DNA from: Podarcis gaigeae
Taxonomy: Eukaryota
Strand: one strand, 5' to 3'
Length of the DNA: 64,000 bases
NCBI GenBank assembly: GCA_964106915.2
Contig: OZ066916.1
Shown: one piece after another, positions 36,298-49,945 of the stretch
How the letters are laid out: each line of letters starts with the position of its first letter
Position numbering within the stretch: position 1 is the first letter of the stretch
The notes under the pieces: generated by a model
What the model was told of the DNA's origin: nothing
Database searches by the model: none
Seen by the model: the letters and a program-made list of their open reading frames with translations, nothing else
Translations under genes and position numbers: made by a program

Positions 36298-38042
36298 CAG
36301 TTAGATTGAGGTTTTGTCCCACATCTCCCCAAAAGTTAGCTTTTTATAAAAGCTGGATGATTGCTGGAAGACACCCTTGTATAGATCCAGGAAGATACCT
36401 GGGAGATGAGTGTTGTTTTTTCTTAAAGCAAATCCATAGCTAAGCAAAATCTTCAGTAGAATTCACATTAGCTACACCCAAACCAAAATTAATTTAATCT
36501 TGATCCTGCTGCAGAACCCTTTCCTCACTGTCTTTAGTTTGGAGAAGCATTAAGCTCTCAGTCTATAACCACAGGTGATGGTTATAGAGGTGCTGGTAAT
36601 TCTCCAGTAGTTTGACCTTACCCATAAAGGTGCACTGTCCTATTGTCTCCTAAGACAGTTCAAACATAGGGATTTTAAACAATTGATTAACACCCAGAGA
36701 GCTGTATGTGGCATTTGTATTCCACTGTTCCTGACAGACTTCCTTGTGTTTCCCAAAAGGCCAGTCATGAGGTTTAAGAGACCTCCAGAACTGCATGTGA
36801 TGTGGGGAGGTGTACAGCTGAGGGCTGTGTGCCTCTATCAAAGTGCATTCCACACATGCACACGAGTCTTCAGATCACTACTGTTTACTATACACAATTC
36901 CCAGCTTAATGCAGTTTATTCAAGTAAAGTACATAGAAAAACAATTGGGACTTTGGGAATTCTAGATTTAAAACAAGAATATAAGCCAATTAAAAACTTA
37001 AGTGTAGGCTAGATATTTATGGTTGGGGTTCAAGTTGTGCAGGTATGAATTTTTCCTTCCGTTGTTAAGCTTACTACATTTTCCCTTGTTTTCTTAAATG
37101 TTGAATTCACTCACACTAACCTAGCTGTACAGTTAAGCATTTCATTCAACTGTGGAGAATAAAATAAACATTGCAGCTGAAACCGCCACCCCACCCCCCT
37201 TGGTCCTGTGTGAGCATTTCCTCTCTTTTGCCTTTTGTAGGAACATATGAATAACCTTGCTGGATCAAACCAAACACACATGGTTGTGCTCTCCAGTAAC
37301 TGGTAAGAGACACTTTCTCAAATTGGCAGAAGCTGAAGGAGAAAGAGTATGCAGGAGACAGTGTGAGCACCTCTTAACACTTATTTCCAAGACTGTCTTA
37401 ATCTCTTTCTAGGGCCCAACAGCTGAATGAGATAATATTTGATACAAGCCTTTTCCTTCCATAACGCAAATGTTTCAACCAAACATCTTTCTTTCAACAG
37501 AGCTCAATCATTTAATATAAAAGTCTGATTTGCTTTTTGTGACGCCCCTTTTGAATGGCTTTGCATCAGAGAGCCAGGTATGTTCTGCTTTAAAAAACAA
37601 ACAAACCAATCTCATGAGTGCAGGTGTTTTTGTAGAGTCTTACTTGGCTGTAAAACAATCTGGCTGTTAAGAATGTATTAGTATCTATGGTTTAAATTGT
37701 TGTTTTTCATGTCAAAGAAAAGTAAATGACATTTTTTGAATTCTACAAGGGGAATTAGGAAAAGAAAGATGTTATATTCCAGCAACTCATCAGATTTTTC
37801 TGTCACACAATTGAAATTAAAGACATACCCAGTGGCAGTTAGTGCCTCCAGAAAGTGGAAGCCCACCGAGTCCATCCTAGTCCAGCCGTTCCCTTACAGC
37901 CAACAAAACTCCACCTCCCTGACCCTTCCATTTCCATCCATGATAACTAAATTGAACCTCCATGTTCAGAGTTTTATACCTTTCACTACTTTATCATGGG
38001 ATGAATACGATGATGTCTTTATGCCATTTGTAAGCTTTCTGC

Positions 38043-38285
38043 GGGACGCGGATGGCACTGTGGGTTAAACCACAGAGCCTAGGACTTGCCGATCAGAAGG
38101 TCGGTGGTTCGAATCCCCGCGATGGGGTGAGCTCCCGTTGCTTGGTCCCTGCTCCTGCCAACCTAGCAGCTTGAAAGCACGTCAAAGTGCAAGTAGATAA
38201 ATAGGTACCGCTCCGGCGGGAAGGTAAACGGCATTTCCGTGCGTTGCTCTGGTTCGCCAGAGCTGGCCGCATGACCCGGAAGCTG
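38043..38285 (+). mobile_element. Sauria SINE, 3' truncated
   Basis: GGGACGCGG head, GGTTCGAATCC B box, GTGCAAGTAGATAAATAGGTACC core. Confidence 0.92.
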
Positions 38286-38692
38286 AATATCAAAATAAAC
38301 ATACTAGTAAACAAAGGCAGGTTTTAGTATCTAGGCTTAAAAACAATAGATAATTATCACTATCATATAAAAACAGAAGAAACTTGGGGTGGTTAAAAGT
38401 GAAGAGATTTATGAAAGCAACATTCATTGTAATAAAATTACAATAAATTCTGCAATAAAATAATGGTAATAAATTTAAATATTTATTAAAACTTAATTAT
38501 TCCTTTCAGTTATGATCTCATCTGGTGAGTGTTGACTGGATTATAGCTAAAGTTGTCCAATGTTTCTGATTATTTTTTTCCTGCCCCCTCCCCAAACTTT
38601 CACACTTGCTAGTTTCCCTGTTTGCTTGGTTCTTTGCTTTCATTTTTTAAAAAAAACTTCATAAAGTTGGAGGCTGTCACAGAAAAGGCCTT

Positions 38693-38953
38693 GAGAGCCA
38701 GTGTGGTGTAGTAGTTAAGAGTGGTAGACTCGTAATCTGGTGAACTGGGTTCGAGTCTCCGCTCCTCCACATGCAGCTGCTGGGTGACCTTGGGCCAGTC
38801 ACATTTCTCTGAAGTCTCTCAGCCCCACTCACCTCACAGAGTGTTTTGTTGTGGGGGAGGAAGGGAAAGGAGAATGTTAGCCGCTTTGAGACTCCTTAGG
38901 ATAGTGATAAAGCGGGATATCAAATCCAAACTCCTCTTGTTGTTGTTGTTGTT
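38693..38953 (+). mobile_element. tRNA-headed SINE (Squam3/CORE-like)
   Basis: A box TGGTGTAGTAG, B box GGTTCGAGTCT, GGTGACCTTGGGCCAGTCAC core, simple-repeat tail. Confidence 0.85.
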
Positions 38954-39483
38954 ATGGATCTCCATCAATCTTCCCTAACCAAAGGATGCTAAGAAGCTGT
39001 CCAAAGTATGTCACAATTCATATAACAAGTCGGAGGATAACTGGCAAAGGTGCAACAAAGGTGGGATGCAGTTCTGGTTAAATGATGGCAAAGTATAACA
39101 GGGTGGGAGTGGGGTAAATTGGATTTAAAGTATATCATCCTTAAACAAAATACCATTCACTATTTGTAAGGAGTAGGATGGCTAATGCACATGTAGGTGT
39201 TTCCTGATATAAGTACATCTCCCATTTAATGTCAGAGGAGCCAAAAATTGTTTCCATGCCTTAGAAGCAGCTGGGCCTTATGAAGATTTTAACACACCAT
39301 GACAAAAGTGTCTTTGTTCATAGGGAAAGAACTTTTTTTTTTAAAAAAAAAAGTCTTTGAGGCCTTACCAGTAATGGAACATTTTTTAAAATGGTAGAAA
39401 TGGAATGAAGCACATTTCATTTTGAATAAAGTATATTTAAATTGTTTTTCTTTAATGTTAAATACCTCTACTAAAATTAAAAA

Positions 39484-39857
39484 GGGACGCGGGTCGCGCT
39501 GTGGGTTAAACCTCAGCGCCTAGGAGTTGCCAATCGCATGGTTGGCAGTTCAAATCCCCGTGGCGGGGTGAGCTCCCATCGTTCGGTCCCAGCTCCTGCC
39601 CACCTAGCAGTTCGAAAGCACCCATAAGTGCAAGTAGATAAATAGGTAGGTACCGCTGTATAGCGGGAAGGTAAACGGCGTTTCCATGTGCTGCTCTGGT
39701 GCCGGTTCACCGGAGCAGCTTCGTCACGCTGGCCACGTGACCCGGAAGTGTCTGCGGACAGCGCTGGCTCCCGGCCTCTAGAGTGAGATGAGCACACAAC
39801 CCTAGAGTCTGTCAAGACTGGCCCGTACGGGCAGGGGTACCTTTACCTTTTTACCTT
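39484..39857 (+). mobile_element. Full-length Sauria SINE
   Basis: GGGACGCGGG head to (ACCTTT)n tail; approximate TSD TAAAAT(T/C)AAAA. Confidence 0.93.
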
Positions 39858-40439
39858 AAAATCAAAAGCACAAGTTGTGCTTCCAGAATATTTGGTGCTT
39901 AGTACAAATGTGTGTATGTGTCTTAATTTTCTTGGATTAAGAGAAGCATTTTTCTTTTGCCCTGTTTAGAATTATTGATTCAACAACTCAAGGAGAGGTT
40001 CAAAATGTGATCTTATTTTCAGTCTTATTGGAAACTGATACTTTATTTAAGAAAGTATTTCTTGTAATTGTATTATTGTTGGATAAATTAATAGAAATCA
40101 TGAGAGACTTTATAGTACTATTTCACAGAGGAAACACCATGAATACATAAAAAATATTTTTTCCAAGTTGGGTGTGACAGGAAAATAGGATCCTTGTTTG
40201 ATGTTCTGGGTGCCAAGTTAAAAACTTGAGATTTAGTAAAATGCTAAAAAATCATGTTTATAAGAGTTTGTTTGAAATGCAGTTCAAATACTGGTTCTGA
40301 ATGTTCTTGATAGCCTGTATTGGCTACAGACAATTTCACTTGGTTCACTTTTCTTTCATGTCTGATTACCACAAAATGTACCTGTATTTGAGATCCTTAC
40401 ACTTCTGATAATTTAGGATAACATCGCATATAAAACAGG

Positions 40440-40970
40440 TAACAGAAGCATAGTGTCCAGATCAAGGAAAACAATGGTTCTGCTCTGTGCTATCCAGGCC
40501 ACATCTAGTGCTGGACATTTAAAGACGGATATTGTTAAACTGAAACATGTCCTGAGGAATATGATCAAAATGGTGGGGGGTATGGTTGGAAACCAAGGCC
40601 TATCCTATGAGGAGCTATTGAAAGAGTTGGTTTTACTGAGCCTTTATAAAAGAAGAGTAAGGGAAGACATGATAGTAATCTTCAAATATCTGAAGGGCTG
40701 TCACATAGAAGATAGACCAGATTTATTTTCTGTTGCTCTGGAAAAACAGTGGGTGGAAATGGCAGGGAAGCAGGTTTCAGGTAAGTGTTTGGAGAAACTT
40801 GGGCAGGGGGCAGACTGCTTCAGTAGGTGGTGGGCACTCCTTTGCTGGATGTATTTAAGTGGAAGCTAGATAACTATCTGTCAAGGCTGCTGTTGTTGCT
40901 TCCTGCACTGTAGATCTTGCACAACAGGAGATTGGACTAGATAGCTTCCAATATCTCTTTAAACTTTGAT
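40440..40970 (+). mobile_element. Degraded CR1 3' end
   Basis: ORF 40453-40869 contains SYEELLKEL..LSLYKRRVREDMIVIFKYLKG. Confidence 0.85.
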
Positions 40971-43900
40971 TTTGTGGTTAATTCATTATACAAAGGGCTA
41001 TTGTTTAAAACACTAAAGGATAAAAATTCTAAAAATAAAAAACTCCACAGCAGATCCCTCAGCTGTGGTGTAAGTCTGCTTTGCAGTTTGACAAATGTAC
41101 ATGCATCCAGCACTGCTTCAGCTGTTACTCTTTTTTCTTCACCAATGCTTAAGGCAGGTTGCCTGTCCTTCACTGAACATTTGTAAAGTGTCATGTAAAA
41201 TGCTTATACATATTTACATTCGTCTCTTAGCTTGGAAATAAAAAGAAGCTTTTTAAATTATGCAGTACTACTCTGGAAATTGAGTGGTGAAGGCTTCTTG
41301 GTGACCTGTTGGATGCCATCAATCAGTGCTTTCCATGACCAGCTTCTGCTGCAAACTTGCAGAATTTATTACTATTTTTTAAAACTTCCGGGAAGAGGAA
41401 AGGTAGTTTGCTGTGAATGCAGTAATAATGCTTGTAGATCAGCCCCAGTATGCTAATTGCATTTATTTATGAAAATTCTATACTGCCCTTTGATGTCAGT
41501 TTTCAGGGCAGTTTACAGATAAAAATATGAATGCAAAAAATAAATTAAAACATCAAAAACAGTAGTTAAAATTAGCAATAAGTACTTTGAAAAGCCTTTT
41601 TTTAAAGCATAGGAAGGGGGGAAATGACATGTAGGAGAACCCTGTGTTGCAGCTTATCACTGTTATCAGCACTGCTCCTCCTGGAACTAGAGCAGCACAG
41701 GTGTGGAAAGCAGCGACAGCATTGGCTCCTCCCAAGTGGCCCAGGACATCTTCTATACATTTTTGCGTAATGGGAATGAGCCAAATTATGAAGGCAGTGT
41801 GAAAAGGCGCCATTACAGTAGTATAAATGTGTGCGCACATGTGCACACGCAGTCAGAAATGTTCAAGTGACATAGTAAGCTTCTCAGATGATCAAGATTT
41901 AAAGATTTTCACTAATCTCGACTCACAACAGAGAAATCTATTTATGGCTCAGTGCACATCTGCGACTATGAGTAGCTTAAGAGATATCAGGACTGAGATT
42001 CAAATATGTGTGCTTTCCAAAACATCTGCTGTCATGATGTGGATTAGTGCATACTTTAAACGCTTATGTATGTGCTTGGTGAGTAGCATCTATTAGGCCC
42101 TGTTTTTGTATTGACCCAGGATGCCTCCTCAGCCTTTGCTTATTCTCTTATCCAAACCGCTGTAGACGTGTCATGTTTTCTCACTTTCATAACTCAATCC
42201 ATGGGGTGAAAAACTGGAAACTATCTACAGTACATTTCCCCTTTGGAGCCTAATATTAGTCAGGACCTGGTAGTGCTACATGATATGGGTGAAAGGTTGT
42301 ATTAAGAAAGATTGCAGTACAAGGCAAAGCGATTGAGGGAGGCGCTGTGGTCCATCACCCTAGTACCCAGTGTTATATGGATCTCATGGCCTATCTAGTT
42401 CTCGACTGCTGCTATAGATTTAAAGCCTCAGGCAAACCAGGGCCATGTGCAATGCTGTGCTGATTGCTTTTTTACATTTTTTAAAAAACGCAGCATGTTT
42501 TTCTGCTGGTGGGTAGAGTGAGATATTAAATTCTATTTACTTGAGAAAAAGCCGGCTGTTTAGCCTCATCAACAGGCACTTTGGCCATGATGAAGCAATA
42601 TGGGCATATAAGATCATAAAGGAATAAAAATTCCAGATCCAAGAGTGGAAAGGCTTATAAACTGGCAAGACATAAAGCTTTTATTAGCCCGCTGATATCC
42701 CTAATTGATATAAACATGAAGCTCAGCACAGGCCCCAGTACTTAGAAGATATGCATCTAAATAATATTTAAATGGATATTCACAATTTAAAGCCCACAGG
42801 AGGGTGATTGTACTTGTTTTAATTAAATGAGCTGAACCCCCCTGGATAACGGTGCATTATTCCTCCCAAATAGAATAGTGTTTGTGCATAATATTTTTTT
42901 CTGCTTGGCTGGGACAGTAAAAAGCCAAATGCTAGTACTGTACTGAGATCCACGAGATTTGACCTTGTATCACTGGTATTTTTGTATATTGTTATCTCTG
43001 CTTATGTGACCTTCTGGCAGCTGATCCAAGGAACAGACACCTTACCCACTTGGTGTGCAATTTCTGTTGGGGAAGTGCAATGCTGCTGTCTGCTCAGCTG
43101 TAAGCCCAAACTATTGCAAGCCCAGGCTGTTGATTGATCTGCAATCAGGTGGGAATTGAACAGTGTTATGGTCACCACACTGTCGCTGAGAGGGAGGCAG
43201 CTGCTACCAGGAAAGTGTGTCTTCATGACAGACAGGTTTCATTGAAACCACAGCTGTCTGTCTTGTCTATGAGGAGAAAGGGAAATAAAGAGCTTCACAG
43301 GCAGGAAGTGCTTACAGGACATGGAAGTCCAGAGGAAGATGGACCGGTGAAAACTGGACAACTTTTATCTGGTCCCTGGTAAGACCCTGGAGGGCTAGTA
43401 AGTGATACTGGAGTAATTTTACAGAGAAGCTGTGAGGTTTCAGAAAGCCTCTCCCTGGGAGAGCAATAAGGGCAAGAGGTGTATGAGAGAGAATGGAGGG
43501 TAGAGTCAATAGGGAGTAGAGAAATGCGAGGTCAAGAGGAGAAGAGAACAGAGAGACAAAGGCTATCCCATGGGCGTTCTACCCCATACTTGCTGACTTG
43601 GGGCAGGCCAAGGACACCAGCAGCCTAATTATTATTTATATCCTATATTTTCCACTGAATTCGGTCTAGACAGAAACGACATCTGGGTGGATAATCAGAG
43701 AAGCCTGTGAAGCTAGGATTGGAGACAGCTGTCATCACTGAGTACAAATTCAATACCCCCACCTATCAGAAAGCAGGTTGAGCTTCTGCCTGTCCCAGAG
43801 CCAGAGAACCCACTTACCTGGGATCCTGAAGTTCCTCTACAACTCTCCCTTCCCTGAGAGTAATGCTGCTAATATGATAACTTACCAGATTCTGAAACCA

Positions 43901-44600
43901 GTGCTGGAACTTGAGGGAAACAAACAAACACAGTAAAGCAGTGGTGCTGTGAACTCCTGCCCCCAGACCCTTTCATATATATTCTTTATTGGTTGGTTGA
44001 CTATAATAAACACTTGATTGGTTAAGCGATTGAACAAGACTATTGTGTGATGTAATGTGGCCTAGTTGCTATTGGGCTATAAACCTCAATATATCTGCCT
44101 TCTTAACTCCTAAGGCCCTCAGAGAGCAACAGAAAAAAATTAATTGATTTACCAGTCATAGTTACACTTTTGTGAATTATTCTAACAACTCCTCGTACTC
44201 GTGTTATTAAAATGCGGCCTTTTTGTCTCTGTACTTCCAGAATTGTATAGCCCCTTTGACTTTGTAAGCTGAAAAACTAAACAGAATGTCATTGTTTATA
44301 TCCTTAGGCAGTAACACCCAATTTTGTAGCAGTTAAGGATTTCCACAGGAACTCTTTCTGGAAGTGGGTGGATTGCAGCTAGCATAGCTGTAATGCACAA
44401 TTCTTGTTTGTGTACCCTTTCTGTTCTGCTAATAAGAAATTTTATGTGATTTGGATAATGGGCGTTTTCGGAAGCTGTGTTTCATGACGTTGGTAGTTAC
44501 GGGAACATATTTCTGCCATAGTCAGTTTGACTGACTTGGGCCAGAGCCTTACCTACAACATGGAGTTGTTGTTAGATTGAAAAGAGTGGGATAAAAATAT

Positions 44601-44682
44601 GATAAATCTGTTTTCTGATTTAAAAAATGACTGTTAAAAAAAAGATAAATCTGTTTTCTGATTTAAAAAATGACTGTAAAAA
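44601..44682. repeat. Tandem duplication, 43-bp period
   Basis: GATAAATCTGTTTTCTGATTTAAAAAATGACTGT at 44601 and 44644. Confidence 0.9.
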
Positions 44683-46548
44683 CCAGTATATCTTACTGGA
44701 ACCTGAGGTCATTGGGATTAGGCTGGGTAGCAAGTATTTTTGCACCCTGTGTTGTAAATATCTGTCTTCATCTGCAAAGTGCATAACACCAGTGGACACA
44801 AACTACTGTAGCGTTAAAGCAAGTTAGGAGTGTACAGTACAGTTTGAGGGAATTATTTAGATATGTCTGTTTTCTGTAGTTGCACACTAATCATAATACT
44901 TCCCAGTACAGTACCTGTTTAGACAAATACATTTTTTTAAAGCAGCACAATCCCAGAAACCAGTCTTAATCAGTTCAACAGAGCTTGCACCCAGGTAAGT
45001 GGGGTCAGGCATTTAACCTGTGTTCTCAATATGCTTAGCATAGATCTTGATAACCAGGACAACAAATTTGTGTAGTGCTGCACCAAAGGGGGAGAAAAAT
45101 TAAATTGTCTCCTTTGATGGAGAAAACCATTAGCTACAACCTGTAGGTGGGAATTCTAATAATGCCCAGAATTGGCAGAAATGTCATCAGTTCATTTATC
45201 TTAATGAACATCACTGCACCTCCCCCCCCCCCAAAAAAGAAACCCCTGTAGTAGTTTGGTGAGATATCAAGATTGCTGAACCTTCCACTCGACCATAATA
45301 TAATTAAAACACTTGACGTTTTCATACGAATGTTCTTAAAAGTTTTTTTAATCATTTTTGTTCATGATTGGAGATAACTGTTTTAGTTTTATAGGCAGGT
45401 TGAATATGAGAGATTCTGTATAATGCCTCTGTTACACTGTAGAATGTATGAAACTATAATAGGGATTTATCTAAGGAATGGATCCATGTGGTCCTCAGCA
45501 GTTTACATTTCCAATCAGGTGGGGAGTGGGCCCATGAAGGATTCATTGCCTTTGAAGACTCCCATTAGTACAATGGTACATTAGTACACAAAATAGCTGC
45601 TGTGGGGGCTCAGTTTGTCACAAGTAACTTGCCAGTGAACTCTGATCGGCCCCAGTCACCATAGCCAATGGTCAGGGATGATGGGAATTGTAGCCCAGCA
45701 ACTTCTAGAGGGCCCCATCACTGTTTATGAAAAATGGGATATTGGTATGTGTTTTTCTAAAGTGGGGGTGGTTTTTTTTAATGTCTGAACGTATTCATAT
45801 GATATGTTCTAACCCAGCTGCTCCTAAACTTGTGAAGCACAGGAATTGGTGAGCAGATGGAACAGCTGATAGAAGCAAACAGGCATTCAGGCTATGCCTA
45901 AGTTTTCCAGATGTTTTTCTTTTTTTAAAAAAAAGAATCTTCTAGAATTTTGCACTATATCTTACTTCAGAAAGCACACTTCCTATTTTCTTTTTTATTA
46001 TAATTTTGGTATAGTGATTCTAGGCTTGCCTCTTGGTAGAAAAGTTGCTCTGGGGCTTTCATATCCTTTTATTTTGCTGCTGTACATAGCTCATTGGTAC
46101 AGAAGACACACAGTTATCGAGGCTGTTGAATATCTCTTGAGATGAACATGTGCAACCACTAAAATTAAACAACTGTGTTGCTTTTTGTAGCTGATCATGT
46201 TAAAGCATGGTTTTTCTAAATGCTTCATATGGTACTGGAATTGTGATTTATTGTATTTGTGTTTCTGTATTTATGCAGATGAGAAACTTGAGTGTTCATA
46301 GTATAATATGAAAGAACTAAAACAAATGTAGCTCAACATTTATGTAGGGCTGTTTTCTAAGCTTCAGATTAAGCTGACTATCAATATTTCTATTTAAGGA
46401 TATTCTGTAAAATTTAAACCTTTTGGTATTATGTATGGAGTCATAGAAGTGGAGATGAAGGCTGGGAGTGTTCAGTGCAAAAAGGAGCAACATGAGTAAT
46501 GCGTGTATTTTCATACTGTGCAGTTTAATCACCAGGCAGTTTACGTTA

Positions 46549-46789
46549 CAGTGGTACCTCTAGTTATGAACTTAATTCATTCTGGAGGTCCGTTCTTAAC
46601 CTGAAACTGTTCTTAACTAGAAGTGTGCTTTTGCTAATGTGGCCTCTTGCTGCCGCTGTGCCACCGGCACACGATTTCCATTCTCATCCTGGGGCAAAGT
46701 TCTCAACTCGAGGTAACTCTTCCAGGTTAGCAGAGTTTGTAACCTGAAGTGTTTGCAACCAGAGGCATTTGTAACTTGAGGTTCCACTG
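46549..46789. mobile_element. Tigger-like MITE
   Basis: TA|CAGTGGTACCTC ... GAGGTTCCACTG|TA; homologous to 539-779. Confidence 0.9.
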
Positions 46790-48251
46790 TATAGCCTTTC
46801 AAGATCAACAAGCCAAATGCAACTACTGCAGACTTTCACAAAAGCACTGCTGACAATTAAGTGAGAATATAAAATGTAACTTGTACGTTTAGGCAGTACA
46901 TTGGCATGTGGCAAACACTAACTATTCCAGTAAGAGAACATAAAGAAGGCACTATCAAGGGAGAGTAGAAATGGCTGTGGAGCCTGCAGAGCCCAGACTT
47001 TGATATGAGCTTCAGAGGCACATAAGACTTGCCTTAAGGAAGAGGTGAGCTTTACAAGCCTCAATATTATTATTTTTACATGAAGTATAATTGGAGCCAG
47101 AGATAAGGAATTCCAGCATCCTTTTGTGATCCCAAGAATACCCTACCTGCTCCTCAAAATAGTTACCGGTTAGCAGTGTTGGGTGGCACATGGTGATAGG
47201 GAAAGAGGAAGGTCTGTTCCTTTCTCCCCTTTCTTTCTGGTGACCTGGCATTCTGCATAGCCATCACTCCTCTTGCTGCCACTGGCCAGGAAGTATTTAA
47301 TGGGTGCAGGGCATTTGGAGGAATCAAGAAGCTGATGGGCTAAGGGTGCTGCATGTATTTTAAAGAAAGTAATATACAGCAACTTATATACTTCTTTTTC
47401 ATTATGTATACATAGACATAAACAATTCAAAGGAAAATGGAAAGGATAATGCTATTATTGGTAAAATTTATGTTATTAATAATATCCTGTTTCCTGATTG
47501 TCTTGGAAAATAAGACAAGTTATTGTTTGGCCAAGCCAGTGAGCTTGCCAGTGGGTGTGAGCTTGCCATCTCTAATGGAGAACAATGAGGACAAGTTAGA
47601 AGGTATGAATGCTAACTGAGACAAGTGTAGATTTTTGTGTAGTTTAAATTTATCCTACAATAGCTTCTGTGTTGGGTATGTTAAACATGGTCTCTCCAAT
47701 TGTCCAAGTTCAGCTCTGCTAGAAAAGGTTTCTGACTTTGGAAAGGTCTGTGCAGATTATTGTCGGAGAGACGAAACTTTACTACAGTACCGTATATAAA
47801 TTATATCCAGGTGTTTTCAGTGTAGCAATTAGAAAGAAATCTGTATCTTATTTACCGAGTCTTAGATCTTACCATTCCTGTTTGCATTTCTTATGCTATC
47901 CAAACCAAACGTATGTTAGTGCAGTGTAAGATCATATTCCACATAATTTTTCATGACTGGCTTTCTTATTCAGGCTGAAGTCTTAAAGATAAACTGCTAA
48001 TATTTGCAATGGCTTTCCACACAGTGACTCTTGTGTCTCGAGTTAGCTCAAATGGTGTCTTTCTATCAATTTATTTATTTATCTATCTATGTATAGTCAG
48101 GGCTTAGCATGCAAAGCTTTTTACAGGAGGAACATCCTTTCTGTATTTTCTAGTTCCTCTATTATGAGAAAAGCATGTCTTTCCAGCCAAGTCCACTATT
48201 TCAATGTATTATCTGTATCTTGGGACAAATGCTAGCATCGACTCTTTAGCA

Positions 48252-48387
48252 CAGGCTTCCTCAAACTTGGCCCTCCAGATGTTTTGAGACTACAGCTCCC
48301 ATCATCCCTGACCACTGGTCCTGCTAGCTAGGGATCATGGGAGTTGTAGGCCATAAACATCTGGAGGGCCGAGTTTGAGAAAGCCTG
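48252..48387. mobile_element. Palindromic hAT MITE
   Basis: CAGGCTTCCTCAAACT / AGTTTGAGAAAGCCTG; perfect TSD CTTTAGCA. Confidence 0.92.
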
Positions 48388-49831
48388 CTTTAGCAGAAGC
48401 AAAAACAGATGAAACACTCTTCATCCAAAAATGGATGCAGAGTTGTATAGAAAGGAATATGAACTATCCAAATACAATATAAAATATAACAAGAAATGCA
48501 GTACAATTAAGAGGAATAAAACCTTTCAATTAGCTAAAAATACCATAATCTAAAATGACTGGACAAACAAAGGTTTTTACCTGGTGCCAAAAAGCATACC
48601 TCCCTCAAGAGGGCATTCCGCAGTTGGGGCACCACCACAGAGAACACTGTGTAATGCAATTCTCCTAAAGATGGGCACACTGAGAATGGCCTCCTGACAA
48701 TCTTAATACACAGGCAGGTTGATACAGGAGATATTTTGCTGATGGCCCACTGGCTAATCTGTATGCATGGAAGGCTAACATTTCCCTCTTCCTTACATTG
48801 GCCCAACAAAGCAGCAATAATGCACAAGTTCAAATGGCATGTAAGAATATCTCAGAACTGGTACTTGATGCACTCTAGCTTTAGATTTACTAAAAATATA
48901 ATAATCCCTCTCTTAGAAGCAGTCTTATGATGTATAGCAGCCCTCCTCAACATCTATCCTGCCAAGAGGCAGGTTGCCCTTATCATGCTAATTATTTTTC
49001 CGCATCTAGAGATCAGATTAAAGCACTGAGGTGCCCCCACTATACATCAGATTCCCACCTTTGCCCATTTGTCAATATGTTCATGTAAACTCTAATAGAT
49101 TCTAAGGCTTGCTGATTATTGATGATTGTCCATAGCACAGGGCTCTTCCACAAATGTTCTTAAGTTAGGTGGGGCTTAAAAAACAAAAAAATCTGAGCCG
49201 AAGACTCTTTCTTGGCAAAGCTTATTTCATTTACTTAATGCAAGATGCCTGACAAAACGCTACTTCCTATTATCTTTAACATCAAGTACAAATGATGTTG
49301 CCAGTACATTCATCAGGCTGGTGTGTGGTGACCAATAAATCTAGCTCAGTAAGTACCAGATCATTATGACTTGTCTTTGTTATTCACTCCATTAACATCA
49401 ATCATGATGGTTGCTTCTGGTATTCACATGGTCCCAGACTAATTCTCTAGGAATTCAATAGCAATCCATCATTTATGCTGTATGGTATTATGTTGCAAAA
49501 AATCTGAAGCATTTATAAGAAGGGAATATTCCAGTGCAAATGACAATCTCAAAAGGAGTGTTGAACACCTGCTGTTCTGAAGTGCTATAAGTTCTTTACT
49601 TTTACTAGGTGTTTGCTGCTTCTCTCTTAAAATAGGATTTTTTCTTTCAGCTGGCTGTTTCCTCTATACTGAGCCTTGCATTCTGTGAACATGCTGTGAA
49701 ACAGTATGTAGTAGCAGACAGCACATTTATTAGTTTTTATTAAAATTTTAACTTATTTGATTCAAGAGTTGGATCAATTATGCAATATGTCTTCTGGAAG
49801 AAGTTTCTGCCAGTGAAGCAGCTCTCGTTTA

Positions 49832-49945
49832 GCGTTTGCCAACCTGATGCCCTCCAGACATTTTGGACTACAGCTCCCTATTAGCCTCAGCTACCATAGT
49901 CGTTGTAATCCTATATACCTAGAGGGCACCAGGTTGGCAAAGGTT
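49832..49945. mobile_element. Older palindromic hAT-type MITE (relatives near 45650, 57830, 59061-59178, 63905)
   Basis: TTTGCCAACCTGATGCCCTC ... GAGGGCACCAGGTTGGCAAA inverted ends; GGACTACAGCTCCC core. Confidence 0.7.
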
